This document shows positions 34,559-43,503 of a stretch of 64,000 nucleotides of DNA, piece after piece (within the stretch, counting starts at the first letter, position 1; each line of letters opens with the position of its first letter). The DNA is taken from the sequence record MF158043, one strand, 5' to 3'. The stretch comes from Shigella phage Sf16. The translations under genes and the position numbers were made by a program. The notes under the pieces are model-generated. The model did no database searches. It was not told the origin of the DNA and was given only the letters and a program-made list of their open reading frames with translations.

Positions 34559-34692
34559 AACATTCTAAAGCATTCGAGAAAGTATTTGGCGATTCCATGA
34601 AAGCAACTGCTGGTAAATCTGCTGAACACTATGTACAGAAGCGAGTTCGTACAGGTAAGACGGCTCGTAAAGCAGCTAAGAAATCTGCTTAA
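34555..34692 (+). CDS. candidate 45-aa lysine-rich basic miniprotein (not in ORF track)
   Basis: hand translation MKHSKAFEKVFGDSMKATAGKSAEHYVQKRVRTGKTARKAAKKSA; ATGA overlap, GGAG RBS. Confidence 0.3.
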   Translation: MKHSKAFEKVFGDSMKATAGKSAEHYVQKRVRTGKTARKAAKKSA

Positions 34693-34777
34693 AGTATTTG
34701 ACAAGGGAGTACGAAGTCTGTAAGATTGTACTCCTTGATAGTTGAGTTGAAAGTTAATTTGAGAAAGAGGTATTAAA

Positions 34778-35638
34778 ATGTCTAAAGTTGTTAAAATGAA
34801 AGCTCCGGTAGAGAAGTACAATGGTCAAGAACGTGAGACTCTTCGTTACCTGCTGAAAGATGTTTGGTTCTATTACCTGAACACTATTCCACGTCCTCAA
34901 AAGGGTAAATCTGTGGATAAGCATTTTCCGGGCAAAGATTGTAACTACAGCGTTTCAATTCTGGCAAAAGATGGTAACAAGCTCTTTAAAGAGTTCACCA
35001 AATCCAAGCGCAACACTGAAGGTTGGGATAAAGTTACTACAGAGGCTGTTGATGCAGATGACTTCGAAGAGAAGTTTGGTTGTGAGCCTCCGTTTGAAGC
35101 TGAAACTTATCACATCCTGAAGGTTAGCCGTTCAGCAGCATATAAAGACGGTGCTGTGTGGTCAGCAAAACAGAGTTTCCCTGTAATGCTGGTTGAAGAA
35201 ATCAATGGTAAGCGTGTTGCAGTTAAGCAGCCTATGAAGAAAATCAAGGCAGCAAAATCTGATAAGCACGATGATGATAAGACTTACGATGTAATTCATC
35301 CAGATATTGCAGTTGGTAACGGTTCATTTGGTAGTGTGATTCTGGCGACTCACTTCTACACATTTGAAGGTAACGTTCTGACTAAGCCAATTCAGGAACA
35401 ATTTATCATTGATACTCTGGTTCCTTACACTGGTGGTACTGGTGGTGCTACTGAGACTGAACTGGATGAAGATGAACTGGCAATGCTTGGCCTTGCAGGT
35501 GTTGAAGACAACGGTGAAATCACTGAAGAAGATGCAAAAGATTCTGGTGATGAAGGTAAAGGTGGTGATGACGATGACGACGACCTGCCAAACCCAGATG
35601 ATGACGACGAAGATGATTTCGAAACTGACGACGAGTAA
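34778..35638 (+). CDS. acidic-tailed protein, candidate ssDNA-binding protein
   Basis: C-terminus GDDDDDDLPNPDDDDEDDFETDDE; position among replication genes. Confidence 0.4.
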   Translation: MSKVVKMKAPVEKYNGQERETLRYLLKDVWFYYLNTIPRPQKGKSVDKHFPGKDCNYSVSILAKDGNKLFKEFTKSKRNTEGWDKVTTEAVDADDFEEKFGCEPPFEAETYHILKVSRSAAYKDGAVWSAKQSFPVMLVEEINGKRVAVKQPMKKIKAAKSDKHDDDKTYDVIHPDIAVGNGSFGSVILATHFYTFEGNVLTKPIQEQFIIDTLVPYTGGTGGATETELDEDELAMLGLAGVEDNGEITEEDAKDSGDEGKGGDDDDDDLPNPDDDDEDDFETDDE

Positions 35639-35657
35639 TAGTCAGTAACTACTACAA

Positions 35658-35686
35658 AGCCCTGTACAGACGTATGGGGCTTTTTC
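35658..35686 (+). terminator. weak terminator/hairpin
   Basis: AGCCCU ... GGGGCUUUUU with 12-nt loop. Confidence 0.4.
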
Positions 35687-35700
35687 GTATGGAGAGTACA

Positions 35701-36747
35701 ATGGAACAATACACCTTAACAAAGCTCCCAGAGAGCGTTACACACGTCTTTATTGACTCTGATAGCATTGCTTACAAAGGTGCTTGTGTAGTTGAAAAAG
35801 CAAAGTACAAGTATGTGAATAAAATCACTGCTGAAGAATCCGATGCTTTTGATAGTGCAAAACTGGCAGCACAATGGTTGTCTGACCAAAGAGTTTTAAC
35901 TGAAGAGTTAGGACTTGACTTTGATGAAGATGAATGGGAAAGACAGACTTGGAAGGAAGCTAAAAGTGAAGCTGAAGCAATTATGGCTACACAGCAAGTT
36001 CTTCAGGAGTGGTTGAAAGTCGTTGGTAAAGAACGCAAATGGATGGGTTACCTTACTGAGAAAGGTGTTCACAAACACAAGGATATCAAAGGTCTTGAAC
36101 ACCAATATCAAGGTAACAGAAAAGAAGCTGTCACACCTACACACCTAGTTGCTTGTCGTGAGTATCTTCTGTCACGACCAGAGTTTAAGCTCCTAAAAGG
36201 GGGCTTCGAAGCAGACTCTATCGTTATTGCAAAAGCTGAGAAGATGGGTAAAAAAGCTGCTCTGATGAGTATTGATAAAGACCTTCGTCAAGCTGAAGGA
36301 ACTTACTGTATTGATATGACTTATGAGAAAGCTCCATTAATTTTCATTGCAGATAATAACGTTGGTGAGATTTGGGATTGCCCTATCAAATCTAAACCGA
36401 AAGCTAAGAAGACAGTCGGAGTGGGTTTTAAATTCCTCTGCTATCAAGCTGTAGCAGGTGATAATGCAGACAACTACTTCGGTTTAAAAGGTGCTGGTAA
36501 GGTTGCGGTGATGAATGCACTGGAAGGTAAGACTACCTATAAAGAGTGCTTAGATGCAATCTATGAACTTTATGCTAAGAAAGACTCTTACACTTATGAA
36601 TCGTGGGATGGTCAGATTGTGACAAGAACTCCACTAGAACTAATGGAGCAGCACTTCTGGATTGCATACCAAGAAAGAAATCCTAAAGATGATTTCACTT
36701 TTGATAAGTACGGGTGGACACCAAATGCTAACTCAACAAACTCTTAA
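35701..36747 (+). CDS. 5-prime to 3-prime exonuclease / flap endonuclease-like
   Basis: ATG 35701 with GGAGAG RBS; acidic clusters FIDSDSIAYKG, FEADS, SIDKD, and GDNADNYFGLKGAGKVA resembling FEN-type motifs. Confidence 0.5.
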   Translation: MEQYTLTKLPESVTHVFIDSDSIAYKGACVVEKAKYKYVNKITAEESDAFDSAKLAAQWLSDQRVLTEELGLDFDEDEWERQTWKEAKSEAEAIMATQQVLQEWLKVVGKERKWMGYLTEKGVHKHKDIKGLEHQYQGNRKEAVTPTHLVACREYLLSRPEFKLLKGGFEADSIVIAKAEKMGKKAALMSIDKDLRQAEGTYCIDMTYEKAPLIFIADNNVGEIWDCPIKSKPKAKKTVGVGFKFLCYQAVAGDNADNYFGLKGAGKVAVMNALEGKTTYKECLDAIYELYAKKDSYTYESWDGQIVTRTPLELMEQHFWIAYQERNPKDDFTFDKYGWTPNANSTNS

Positions 36748-37216
36748 AGAATACCTACACTATGACCCCGAAACAGGGGTCTTTACTTGGCTTAAAAAGT
36801 CAGCTAAACGTACAAAGATTGGCTCTATAGCGGGTACGAATTTAAAAGGCTATATTAGAATCTACTTGTTTGGTAAAGGTTACTATGCACATTCACTAGC
36901 TGTACTTTATATGGAAGGTTATCTTCCTGAATGTGTTGACCACAAAAATCATGTAACATTGGATAACCGTTGGACTAACCTAAGAGCTTGTACTCTTTCT
37001 GAAAACCAATGTAATAGGTTACTTAACAAGAATAATAAATCTGGTGTCAAAGGGGTGTACTTCCATAAAAAGTATCAAAAATGGTCTACACAAATCACTT
37101 TCAAAAAGAAAGTTTATTTCTTTGGCAATTATGACACTATTGAGGAAGCAGCAGAAGTTGTAAACAGAGAAAGGTTACGTTTACATAAAGAGTTTGCTAA
37201 TAAAGGTGATAAATGA
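36725..37216 (+). CDS. HNH homing endonuclease with AP2-like DNA-binding domain
   Basis: HSLAVLYMEGYLPECVDHKNHVTLDNRWTNLRACTLSENQCN (HNH) followed by GVKGVYFHKKYQKWSTQITF...FGNYDTIEEAA (AP2-like). Confidence 0.6.
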   Translation: MLTQQTLKEYLHYDPETGVFTWLKKSAKRTKIGSIAGTNLKGYIRIYLFGKGYYAHSLAVLYMEGYLPECVDHKNHVTLDNRWTNLRACTLSENQCNRLLNKNNKSGVKGVYFHKKYQKWSTQITFKKKVYFFGNYDTIEEAAEVVNRERLRLHKEFANKGDK

Positions 37217-37716
37217 TAAAAATTAAAGGTTTTGGCAATTGCCCTACTTATGGTCACTGGATTTCACTGTGTGGTGAAGTTGACCCATCAAAATACTTTG
37301 GTTTTGTATATCTAGTCTACTGCAAAAAGACTGGTCAATACTATTTGGGAAAGAAACAATTTAATAACGTCACTAAGAAAAAGGTTGCTGGAAAGACCAG
37401 ACGTAAAGTCGTGACAAAAGAAAGTGATTGGATGACTTACCAAACATCTTCTGAGTACATTAAGAAGGATATTGAATCTTTTGGTGAAAAAGAGTTTGAC
37501 TTCTACATCATCCAGACTTACTATACGCGAGGTGGCTTAGTTTATGGCGAAGCTAACCTACAACATAAGTTTGACGTCATGACAAAAAGGATTGACTCTA
37601 AGCTTCGACTCTTCTACAATGCGAACATTGCAGCAATCAAGTTTCTTACAAAAGAGACCTATGATGAAGCTGAGAAGAGAATCACTAAAATCATGAAACT
37701 TAATGAGAGAGTTTAA
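37213..37716 (+). CDS. putative GIY-YIG-like endonuclease
   Basis: N-terminal FGFVYLVYCKKTGQYYLGKK resembles GIY-(x10)-YIG; downstream R/E-containing region. Confidence 0.4.
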   Translation: MIKIKGFGNCPTYGHWISLCGEVDPSKYFGFVYLVYCKKTGQYYLGKKQFNNVTKKKVAGKTRRKVVTKESDWMTYQTSSEYIKKDIESFGEKEFDFYIIQTYYTRGGLVYGEANLQHKFDVMTKRIDSKLRLFYNANIAAIKFLTKETYDEAEKRITKIMKLNERV

Positions 37717-37933
37717 AATGTTTAATAAAATCAAAAATGACCATGTTTCTAAAATCCAGAGTGGCGTAGCAGCACTGAAGGAAACTATCAGTAAAGCTAA
37801 GTCAGCTACAGAAGCCGAGATGGATGCTCTGGAATCACAAATTCAACATCTGTTAAGCAAACGTGTTGAACTCAAAGAACGAATGGACTATATTGAGTCT
37901 CAACAAAAGTTGTTTGAAGATAAGGAGGCTTAA
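37703..37933 (+). CDS. hypothetical coiled-coil protein
   Basis: 76-aa ORF. Confidence 0.35.
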   Translation: MREFKMFNKIKNDHVSKIQSGVAALKETISKAKSATEAEMDALESQIQHLLSKRVELKERMDYIESQQKLFEDKEA

Positions 37934-38697
37934 TGTTTAATTCCAGAGAATCCGTAAGAAATTGGAATCTACGTTGTGGCAATAATCCAAAAGAACCATA
38001 CAGCACAGAGTATTGGGAATCACTGAAAAGCCAATCTCTGTGTATGCTTGAAGAAGCTAGAGAGTTAGTCGCAGCAGTAGAAGCCAAAGACCCTGTTGAG
38101 ACCCTTGATGCTCAAGCTGATTTGCAGTATGTACTTGATGGTTTAATTTTCCTGACACAGCATGACCATGATGGTGCTATCAAGGCTGTTTGTGAAAACA
38201 ACAACCTCAAATACACAGATGACTATCAAGAAGCTGTACAGAGAATGTTTGATATTGAGAAACGTACTGGTGATGAATGTTACCTGCGCCAATCAATTAT
38301 TGAAGGCAAAGAGTGGTTTGCGATTATTCGCAAGTCTGATGGTAAGATTATGAAACAGTCTAATCTTCCAAAAGTTCAACTTGAAAGTTTTATTGCAGAA
38401 GTTGACGCAAAAGAATTATTTGTGGTAACATCTGACACATGCGTTATCTGCCAAGGACTGATTGGAAGTCTTGGAAGTCTTGGTAATCTTGGCATTAAAA
38501 ACTTTTCTAAAGTTGAACCAATCTCTTCAAAAGCAGATAAAGACTTCTGCCGTGAGAATGGATTATGGCTTGCGGATATTGTGTACTATGATGGTGAGAA
38601 GTTCCATGTAACCTCATATCCGAAATTGAATTATGATGCAATCAACCTCAAGCAGTGGTTGAAAGGAGTCGGTTATAATGGATTCACAGAACATTAA
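37933..38697 (+). CDS. MazG-like nucleotide pyrophosphohydrolase (putative)
   Basis: EEARELVAAVEAKDPVETLDAQADLQYVLDGL resembles MazG EExxE...D motif. Confidence 0.4.
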   Translation: MFNSRESVRNWNLRCGNNPKEPYSTEYWESLKSQSLCMLEEARELVAAVEAKDPVETLDAQADLQYVLDGLIFLTQHDHDGAIKAVCENNNLKYTDDYQEAVQRMFDIEKRTGDECYLRQSIIEGKEWFAIIRKSDGKIMKQSNLPKVQLESFIAEVDAKELFVVTSDTCVICQGLIGSLGSLGNLGIKNFSKVEPISSKADKDFCRENGLWLADIVYYDGEKFHVTSYPKLNYDAINLKQWLKGVGYNGFTEH

Positions 38698-39004
38698 TAA
38701 AGGTGAAGAAGTGGTGGCAAAAAGCCACTTCTCCAACTACAACCTCTCTATGACAGTGTTTATGAATGATTCACTGTTAGACAAGTACGGAGAGAAGCCA
38801 GAAACGATTCTGGATAATGAACAAGTATTAGCAGCAGTGTTGTATAAGTATGGCTTAAATATTGATAAACCGTACTCTTACGAGATTTGCCAGCACAGAA
38901 ATACTTTTGGTAAAGTTGTTGTAGCCCCCCTGTTCATGGGTGTAGAGCGCACAGATGACCAGTGGATTTACTTGAAACGAAACTTGGATAGATATCATGT
39001 CTAA
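38678..39004 (+). CDS. hypothetical protein
   Basis: 108-aa ORF. Confidence 0.35.
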   Translation: MDSQNINKGEEVVAKSHFSNYNLSMTVFMNDSLLDKYGEKPETILDNEQVLAAVLYKYGLNIDKPYSYEICQHRNTFGKVVVAPLFMGVERTDDQWIYLKRNLDRYHV

Positions 39005-39332
39005 AATTAAAAAGTTAACTAAAGAAGAAATCAAAGCTGGTGAAGAACTAGGTAATGATAAGTTTGGTGAGACATTACATCATGGTGACTTTGTAATGTA
39101 CACTGAAGATTGCAAAGGTCGCAGTGATATCAAATTTGGACGAGTTGTCTGCAAAGTACGTGGTAACTTTTCAATTGCACGACTTGAAGAAGATATTAGT
39201 GAGAAGCTTGACATGGCATTTGATGAAGGTAAACGTTACTGGTACATGAATACAATGTCTAAAGGTTCACTGACAAAAGTATCACAGAAGTTCGTTGAAC
39301 TCTGGGAAAGTAAAAAGATTTTCAGCATTTAA
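38997..39332 (+). CDS. hypothetical protein
   Basis: 111-aa ORF. Confidence 0.35.
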   Translation: MSKIKKLTKEEIKAGEELGNDKFGETLHHGDFVMYTEDCKGRSDIKFGRVVCKVRGNFSIARLEEDISEKLDMAFDEGKRYWYMNTMSKGSLTKVSQKFVELWESKKIFSI

Positions 39333-39341
39333 TCTCTAAGG

Positions 39342-39364
39342 GGTCTCTTCGGAGACCCTTTTTC
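39342..39364 (+). terminator. rho-independent terminator (UUCG tetraloop)
   Basis: GGGUCUC-uucg-GAGACCC followed by UUUU. Confidence 0.6.
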
Positions 39365-39383
39365 ACCTGTAGGATTTAATATA

Positions 39384-41618
39384 ATGATTACTACTATTCG
39401 CAAATCAGACGGTACAATCGTACCATTCGAACCAGAACGTTTAAATAAATGGGCTTCATGGGCTGACAAGAGAGGAATTATCTGGTCAGAGGTTGTAATG
39501 GAAGCTATGAAGCGTGTCTATGAAGGTTGCACAACAAAAGAAATGCACCAAGCTATGATTGACGTTTGTATTGATAAACAAACTCAAGAGTACTCTGATA
39601 TGGCTGGGAGACTACTTCTTGGTATTATCTACAAAGAAGCTTTTGGTGGATTTACAAAGGTTCCTCAGTTACTTCCATTTGTGATGAAGATGGAGCAGAT
39701 GGGGCTTTGGGAACATATGGATTACACACCTGAAGAGATTGACTACTTACAAGGTCACATCGTACATTCAAAAGATATCTCTTATGGGTATGCAGTGCTG
39801 AAGCAGTTCCGTGATAAGTATGGAATCCGTGACATTAAAAGTGGTAAGTTGTTTGAGTCTCCACAGTTTATGTTTATGGGTATGGCTATGAAAGCCTTTG
39901 AAAGACAGCCTAAACAGCGTCGTTTAGATGATGTTATTAAGCTCTACACATATCTATCTGACCTGAAGATTAATGCTCCTACACCGTACCTGAACGGTCT
40001 GAGAGCTACAAAATCTGGCTATGCTTCTTGCTGCCTAATTAAAGCAAACGATACTGCTGAATCTCTTGGCATTGCTACAAAAGTAGCTTATGACATGACC
40101 ACTAAGCAAGCAGGTATTGGTATGCTGATGGAGACCAGAACAATTGGTGATGGAATCCGACAAAACACTATTGAGCATATGGGAAAACTCCCTTATTATA
40201 AGCTTGTACGTGCTGCTGTAGAGGCTAATAAGCAGAAGAGTCGTGGTGGTTCAGCTAATAACTTCTTCACTGCATTAGACCCACAGATTGAGGATTTGCT
40301 ACGCTTGAAGCACCCTACAACGGTTCCTGCAAAGCGTATTAATGAAATGGATTACTCATTTGGTGCAAATGATTACTTCTGGCAATGTGTACAGTACGAT
40401 ACAGATTGGTTGCTATTCTCTTACAAAGATGCACCAAGACTGTATGACATGTTCTACACAGCAAGTGCTGATGAATTTGCTATGGCAGTAGGTCACGCAG
40501 TTCATACAGGTGTTAAACATAAACGTGTAAAGGCTCGTGAAGTTGCCAAGTTGTTTATTCAACAACGTTATGCTACAGGACGTGTTTACCCGTTCTTTAC
40601 TAACAACGCAAACTATCATACACCTTTCAAAGAGCCTTTGAAAATGTCAAACCTGTGTATGGAGATTGTCTTACCAGTTCATGGTTTTGAGGATGAAAGA
40701 GACCTGTATAGCTACACAGCCAAGAAAGAAGACGGTGAAGTTGCTCTTTGCTTCCTAGCTAGTTTGGTTGCAGGGAGAATCACAGAAGATGAATACGCTG
40801 ACGTTGCTTATTATGCTCTTGCAATGGTTGACTCCGTTATTGACCTTATGGATTATCCGTATCCGTCAATGCGTAACCATGTTCAGAAACGTCGTTCTGT
40901 TGGTATTGGTCTTACTAATGTGGCCCATCACCTTGCGAAGAACTATGTGAACTACTCATCAAGGGCTGGTAAAACTAAACTTCATGAGTTGGCTGAGATG
41001 CACTCTTACTTCTTGCATGAAGCATCTTTAAGACTCGCAAAAGAGCGTGGTGTACCAGAGTACATGCAGTTTACTAAGTACCCTGACGGTTGGGTTCCAC
41101 CAAAGACTGCTAACAAGAAAATTGATGAAAAGCACGATGCAAAACTTCGTTATGATTGGGATGACCTGTCACAGCGAATCAAGGAAAATGGAGGTATCCG
41201 TAACTCTGTGTTAGAGGCTTACATGCCTAATGAGAGTTCTTCTCTGGCAACTAACACGACAAACGGCCTATACCCTATTCGTGACTTCATCTTAACTAAG
41301 AAGTCTGCAACTGGTAACGTTCTGTTTATTGTACCTGATTATGAAGAGTTGAAGTATGTATATGAAATTGCTTGGGATATTGACACATTTGATATGATTG
41401 ATTGCTATGCAATTGTTCAAAAATTCACTGGTCAAGCTATCTCTTCAGATTTCTATGTTGACTACTCGAAGTCTAAGAAGGTATCATTAGAGCAAGCTTT
41501 GAAGTACATGATTTATGCAAACCTTGTTGGTTTGAAAACTATGTACTACCTGAACAGCCGTATCGGTGTTGGTAAATCAGCACTACAAGATGCCTACTGT
41601 GAGGGTTGCGGCGTTTAG
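39384..41618 (+). CDS. nrdA: ribonucleotide reductase class Ia large subunit
   Basis: 744 aa, N-terminal ATP-cone-like start, C-terminal Cys pair CEGCG, followed by nrdB. Confidence 0.85.
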   Translation: MITTIRKSDGTIVPFEPERLNKWASWADKRGIIWSEVVMEAMKRVYEGCTTKEMHQAMIDVCIDKQTQEYSDMAGRLLLGIIYKEAFGGFTKVPQLLPFVMKMEQMGLWEHMDYTPEEIDYLQGHIVHSKDISYGYAVLKQFRDKYGIRDIKSGKLFESPQFMFMGMAMKAFERQPKQRRLDDVIKLYTYLSDLKINAPTPYLNGLRATKSGYASCCLIKANDTAESLGIATKVAYDMTTKQAGIGMLMETRTIGDGIRQNTIEHMGKLPYYKLVRAAVEANKQKSRGGSANNFFTALDPQIEDLLRLKHPTTVPAKRINEMDYSFGANDYFWQCVQYDTDWLLFSYKDAPRLYDMFYTASADEFAMAVGHAVHTGVKHKRVKAREVAKLFIQQRYATGRVYPFFTNNANYHTPFKEPLKMSNLCMEIVLPVHGFEDERDLYSYTAKKEDGEVALCFLASLVAGRITEDEYADVAYYALAMVDSVIDLMDYPYPSMRNHVQKRRSVGIGLTNVAHHLAKNYVNYSSRAGKTKLHELAEMHSYFLHEASLRLAKERGVPEYMQFTKYPDGWVPPKTANKKIDEKHDAKLRYDWDDLSQRIKENGGIRNSVLEAYMPNESSSLATNTTNGLYPIRDFILTKKSATGNVLFIVPDYEELKYVYEIAWDIDTFDMIDCYAIVQKFTGQAISSDFYVDYSKSKKVSLEQALKYMIYANLVGLKTMYYLNSRIGVGKSALQDAYCEGCGV

Positions 41619-41673
41619 TTTGAATAACTATGAGGGTCGTAAAAGACCCTCTAAAATTAACTTGGAGAAAGGT

Positions 41674-41949
41674 ATGCTAGATTTAATTCGCAATGCGAGA
41701 ATACGTAGTAAAGATAACTCACTATATTTATTTTATATTCCAAGACGGTCTTTGTATTATATTGCAGACTTAGACTTAAAAGTTAAGATGCCAGATGGTT
41801 CTTGGAAAGAACATATACGATATGTTGATTGTTTTAATCCAAAGCAAACATATGCAAGGCCACTTGATATGTTCAACAAGGACAAATGGGTTGTTATGAC
41901 AACAACTGAAGCCAGAAACTTTCTAGATACAGGAATCTTACCAGAATGA
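41674..41949 (+). CDS. hypothetical protein between nrdA and nrdB
   Basis: ATG 41674 with GGAG RBS; ORF ends overlapping nrdB start. Confidence 0.35.
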   Translation: MLDLIRNARIRSKDNSLYLFYIPRRSLYYIADLDLKVKMPDGSWKEHIRYVDCFNPKQTYARPLDMFNKDKWVVMTTTEARNFLDTGILPE

Positions 41950-43019
41950 TTAATCCACATCCAATTTTCTTAGGCGGTGAACGAAAAACTTTCGATTCAC
42001 TGAATAAACACTATCCAAAAATCTTTGAACTGTATAAGCAGCAGAAAGCACAAGACTGGTCTGAAGATGAGTTCCCATTTGAACAGTCACGTTTAGACTT
42101 TGAGAGTGTCCCTCAGTCAATGTCTGGTGTAATGCTTGAGATTCTGAAATGGCAATGGGAAGCAGATACACAGGTTGCTAAGAGTTTAGCTTTTGCATTT
42201 GCACCATTCATCTCTGATGATATCTATGCAACTGCTATCATGAAGCAATCAGAAATTGAGAACCTTCATGCACTAACTTATTCAGAGATTGTTCGTCAGT
42301 GTATCAAGAACCCTGAAACAATCCTTGATGAGATTAACCAGAACGCTGCTGTACAGGACAGATTGAAGACTGTGAACAGAGCACTGGCAGAATTACTTGA
42401 CGAAGGTATTAACTATCGTTTAAGCTATGTTTGTCAAGAGCTAATGGAGAAAGACCCTTTACACTTCCACAAAGTAATCTTAAAAGGTCTCTTTGCAGTA
42501 ACAGCACTTGAGGGTATTTCCTTCATGGCATCCTTTGCATGTACCTTTGCACTTGATGCACAAGATAAATTCCAAGGGATTGCACAAGCAGTACAGAAAA
42601 TTATGCTTGACGAAATCATTCACACAAAGATTGATATCGAAGCATTAAAAGAAACTTTGAAAGATGAAGAGTGGCAAGAAGCTTTCCGTCAAGTACTCCC
42701 AGAAATTAAAGTAATTCTGGATGAGGTAGTTGAAAGTGAAGAGAAATGGTCTTATTATATTTTCTCTGAAGGACGTGCTGTTGTAGGTTTAAATACAAAA
42801 CTTCTTCACGAATGGGTTTACTACAACGCTGCTCCATTGTATGATATGTTTGGTATTCCAAGAGACTTCGTAGCTCCTAAAGAACCACCTTTGAAATATA
42901 TGATTAAGAAGATGGAAATTGATAAAGAGCAAAACGCTAACCAAGAACAACAAAATGGTGCGTACCTTTTGAATACCGTTGTTGATGATTTAAATTCAGG
43001 ATTTTTAGAGGTTCCTTAA
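41946..43019 (+). CDS. nrdB: ribonucleotide reductase class Ia small subunit
   Basis: 357 aa, ferritin-like diiron protein size and position after nrdA. Confidence 0.85.
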   Translation: MINPHPIFLGGERKTFDSLNKHYPKIFELYKQQKAQDWSEDEFPFEQSRLDFESVPQSMSGVMLEILKWQWEADTQVAKSLAFAFAPFISDDIYATAIMKQSEIENLHALTYSEIVRQCIKNPETILDEINQNAAVQDRLKTVNRALAELLDEGINYRLSYVCQELMEKDPLHFHKVILKGLFAVTALEGISFMASFACTFALDAQDKFQGIAQAVQKIMLDEIIHTKIDIEALKETLKDEEWQEAFRQVLPEIKVILDEVVESEEKWSYYIFSEGRAVVGLNTKLLHEWVYYNAAPLYDMFGIPRDFVAPKEPPLKYMIKKMEIDKEQNANQEQQNGAYLLNTVVDDLNSGFLEVP

Positions 43020-43261
43020 TGACTTATGTAATTTACTCAAAAGATGGATGCCCACAGTGTGTGACTGCTAAGAACTTTGCTCAGGCTCGTGGCTTAGACC
43101 ATGTTGTTAGAATGCTTGGGAAAGATTATGAGCTAAGTGACCTGATGGATATTGCAAAGATACCTGTTCGTCAGATGCCTTTCATTATGAAGGTTGAAGA
43201 CAATGAAATGAAACCTGTTGGAACACTACAGAACTTTATGGCAGAGGTGAATAATGCTTAA
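43019..43261 (+). CDS. glutaredoxin-like protein (NrdH/NrdC-type)
   Basis: 80 aa with CPQC active-site motif. Confidence 0.55.
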   Translation: MTYVIYSKDGCPQCVTAKNFAQARGLDHVVRMLGKDYELSDLMDIAKIPVRQMPFIMKVEDNEMKPVGTLQNFMAEVNNA

Positions 43262-43454
43262 ACGTTTATGGGATGGTTTTGTTGAAGATGCTCCGATGAT
43301 TGCTCTGGCATTCATGGTTACTAGCCTGTTTACTGATTTAAAACAAGGTGCTCTATTTGGAGCTATGCTAGTATGGGTTATCTTTGAGATATTAGATATC
43401 AAACATGATTTGAGTGGAAAGCTTAAAAAGCTTATTGAAAAGTTTTCTAAGTAG
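43254..43454 (+). CDS. small membrane protein
   Basis: 66 aa with two hydrophobic segments. Confidence 0.35.
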   Translation: MLKRLWDGFVEDAPMIALAFMVTSLFTDLKQGALFGAMLVWVIFEILDIKHDLSGKLKKLIEKFSK

Positions 43455-43465
43455 AATTAATATAA

Positions 43466-43490
43466 GGGTCTCTTCGGAGACCTTTTTTGC
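43466..43490 (+). terminator. rho-independent terminator (UUCG tetraloop)
   Basis: GGUCUC-uucg-GAGACC followed by UUUUUU; near-identical to the terminator at 39342. Confidence 0.6.
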
Positions 43491-43503
43491 ATTAGGAGTC
43501 AGA

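Noticed and set aside
35409-35709. ORFs 35409-35648 (+) and 35425-35709 (-) overlapping the acidic tail of the 34778 gene
   Set aside because: Low-complexity translations produced by the GAT/GAC-rich repeat encoding the acidic tail; no independent signals.
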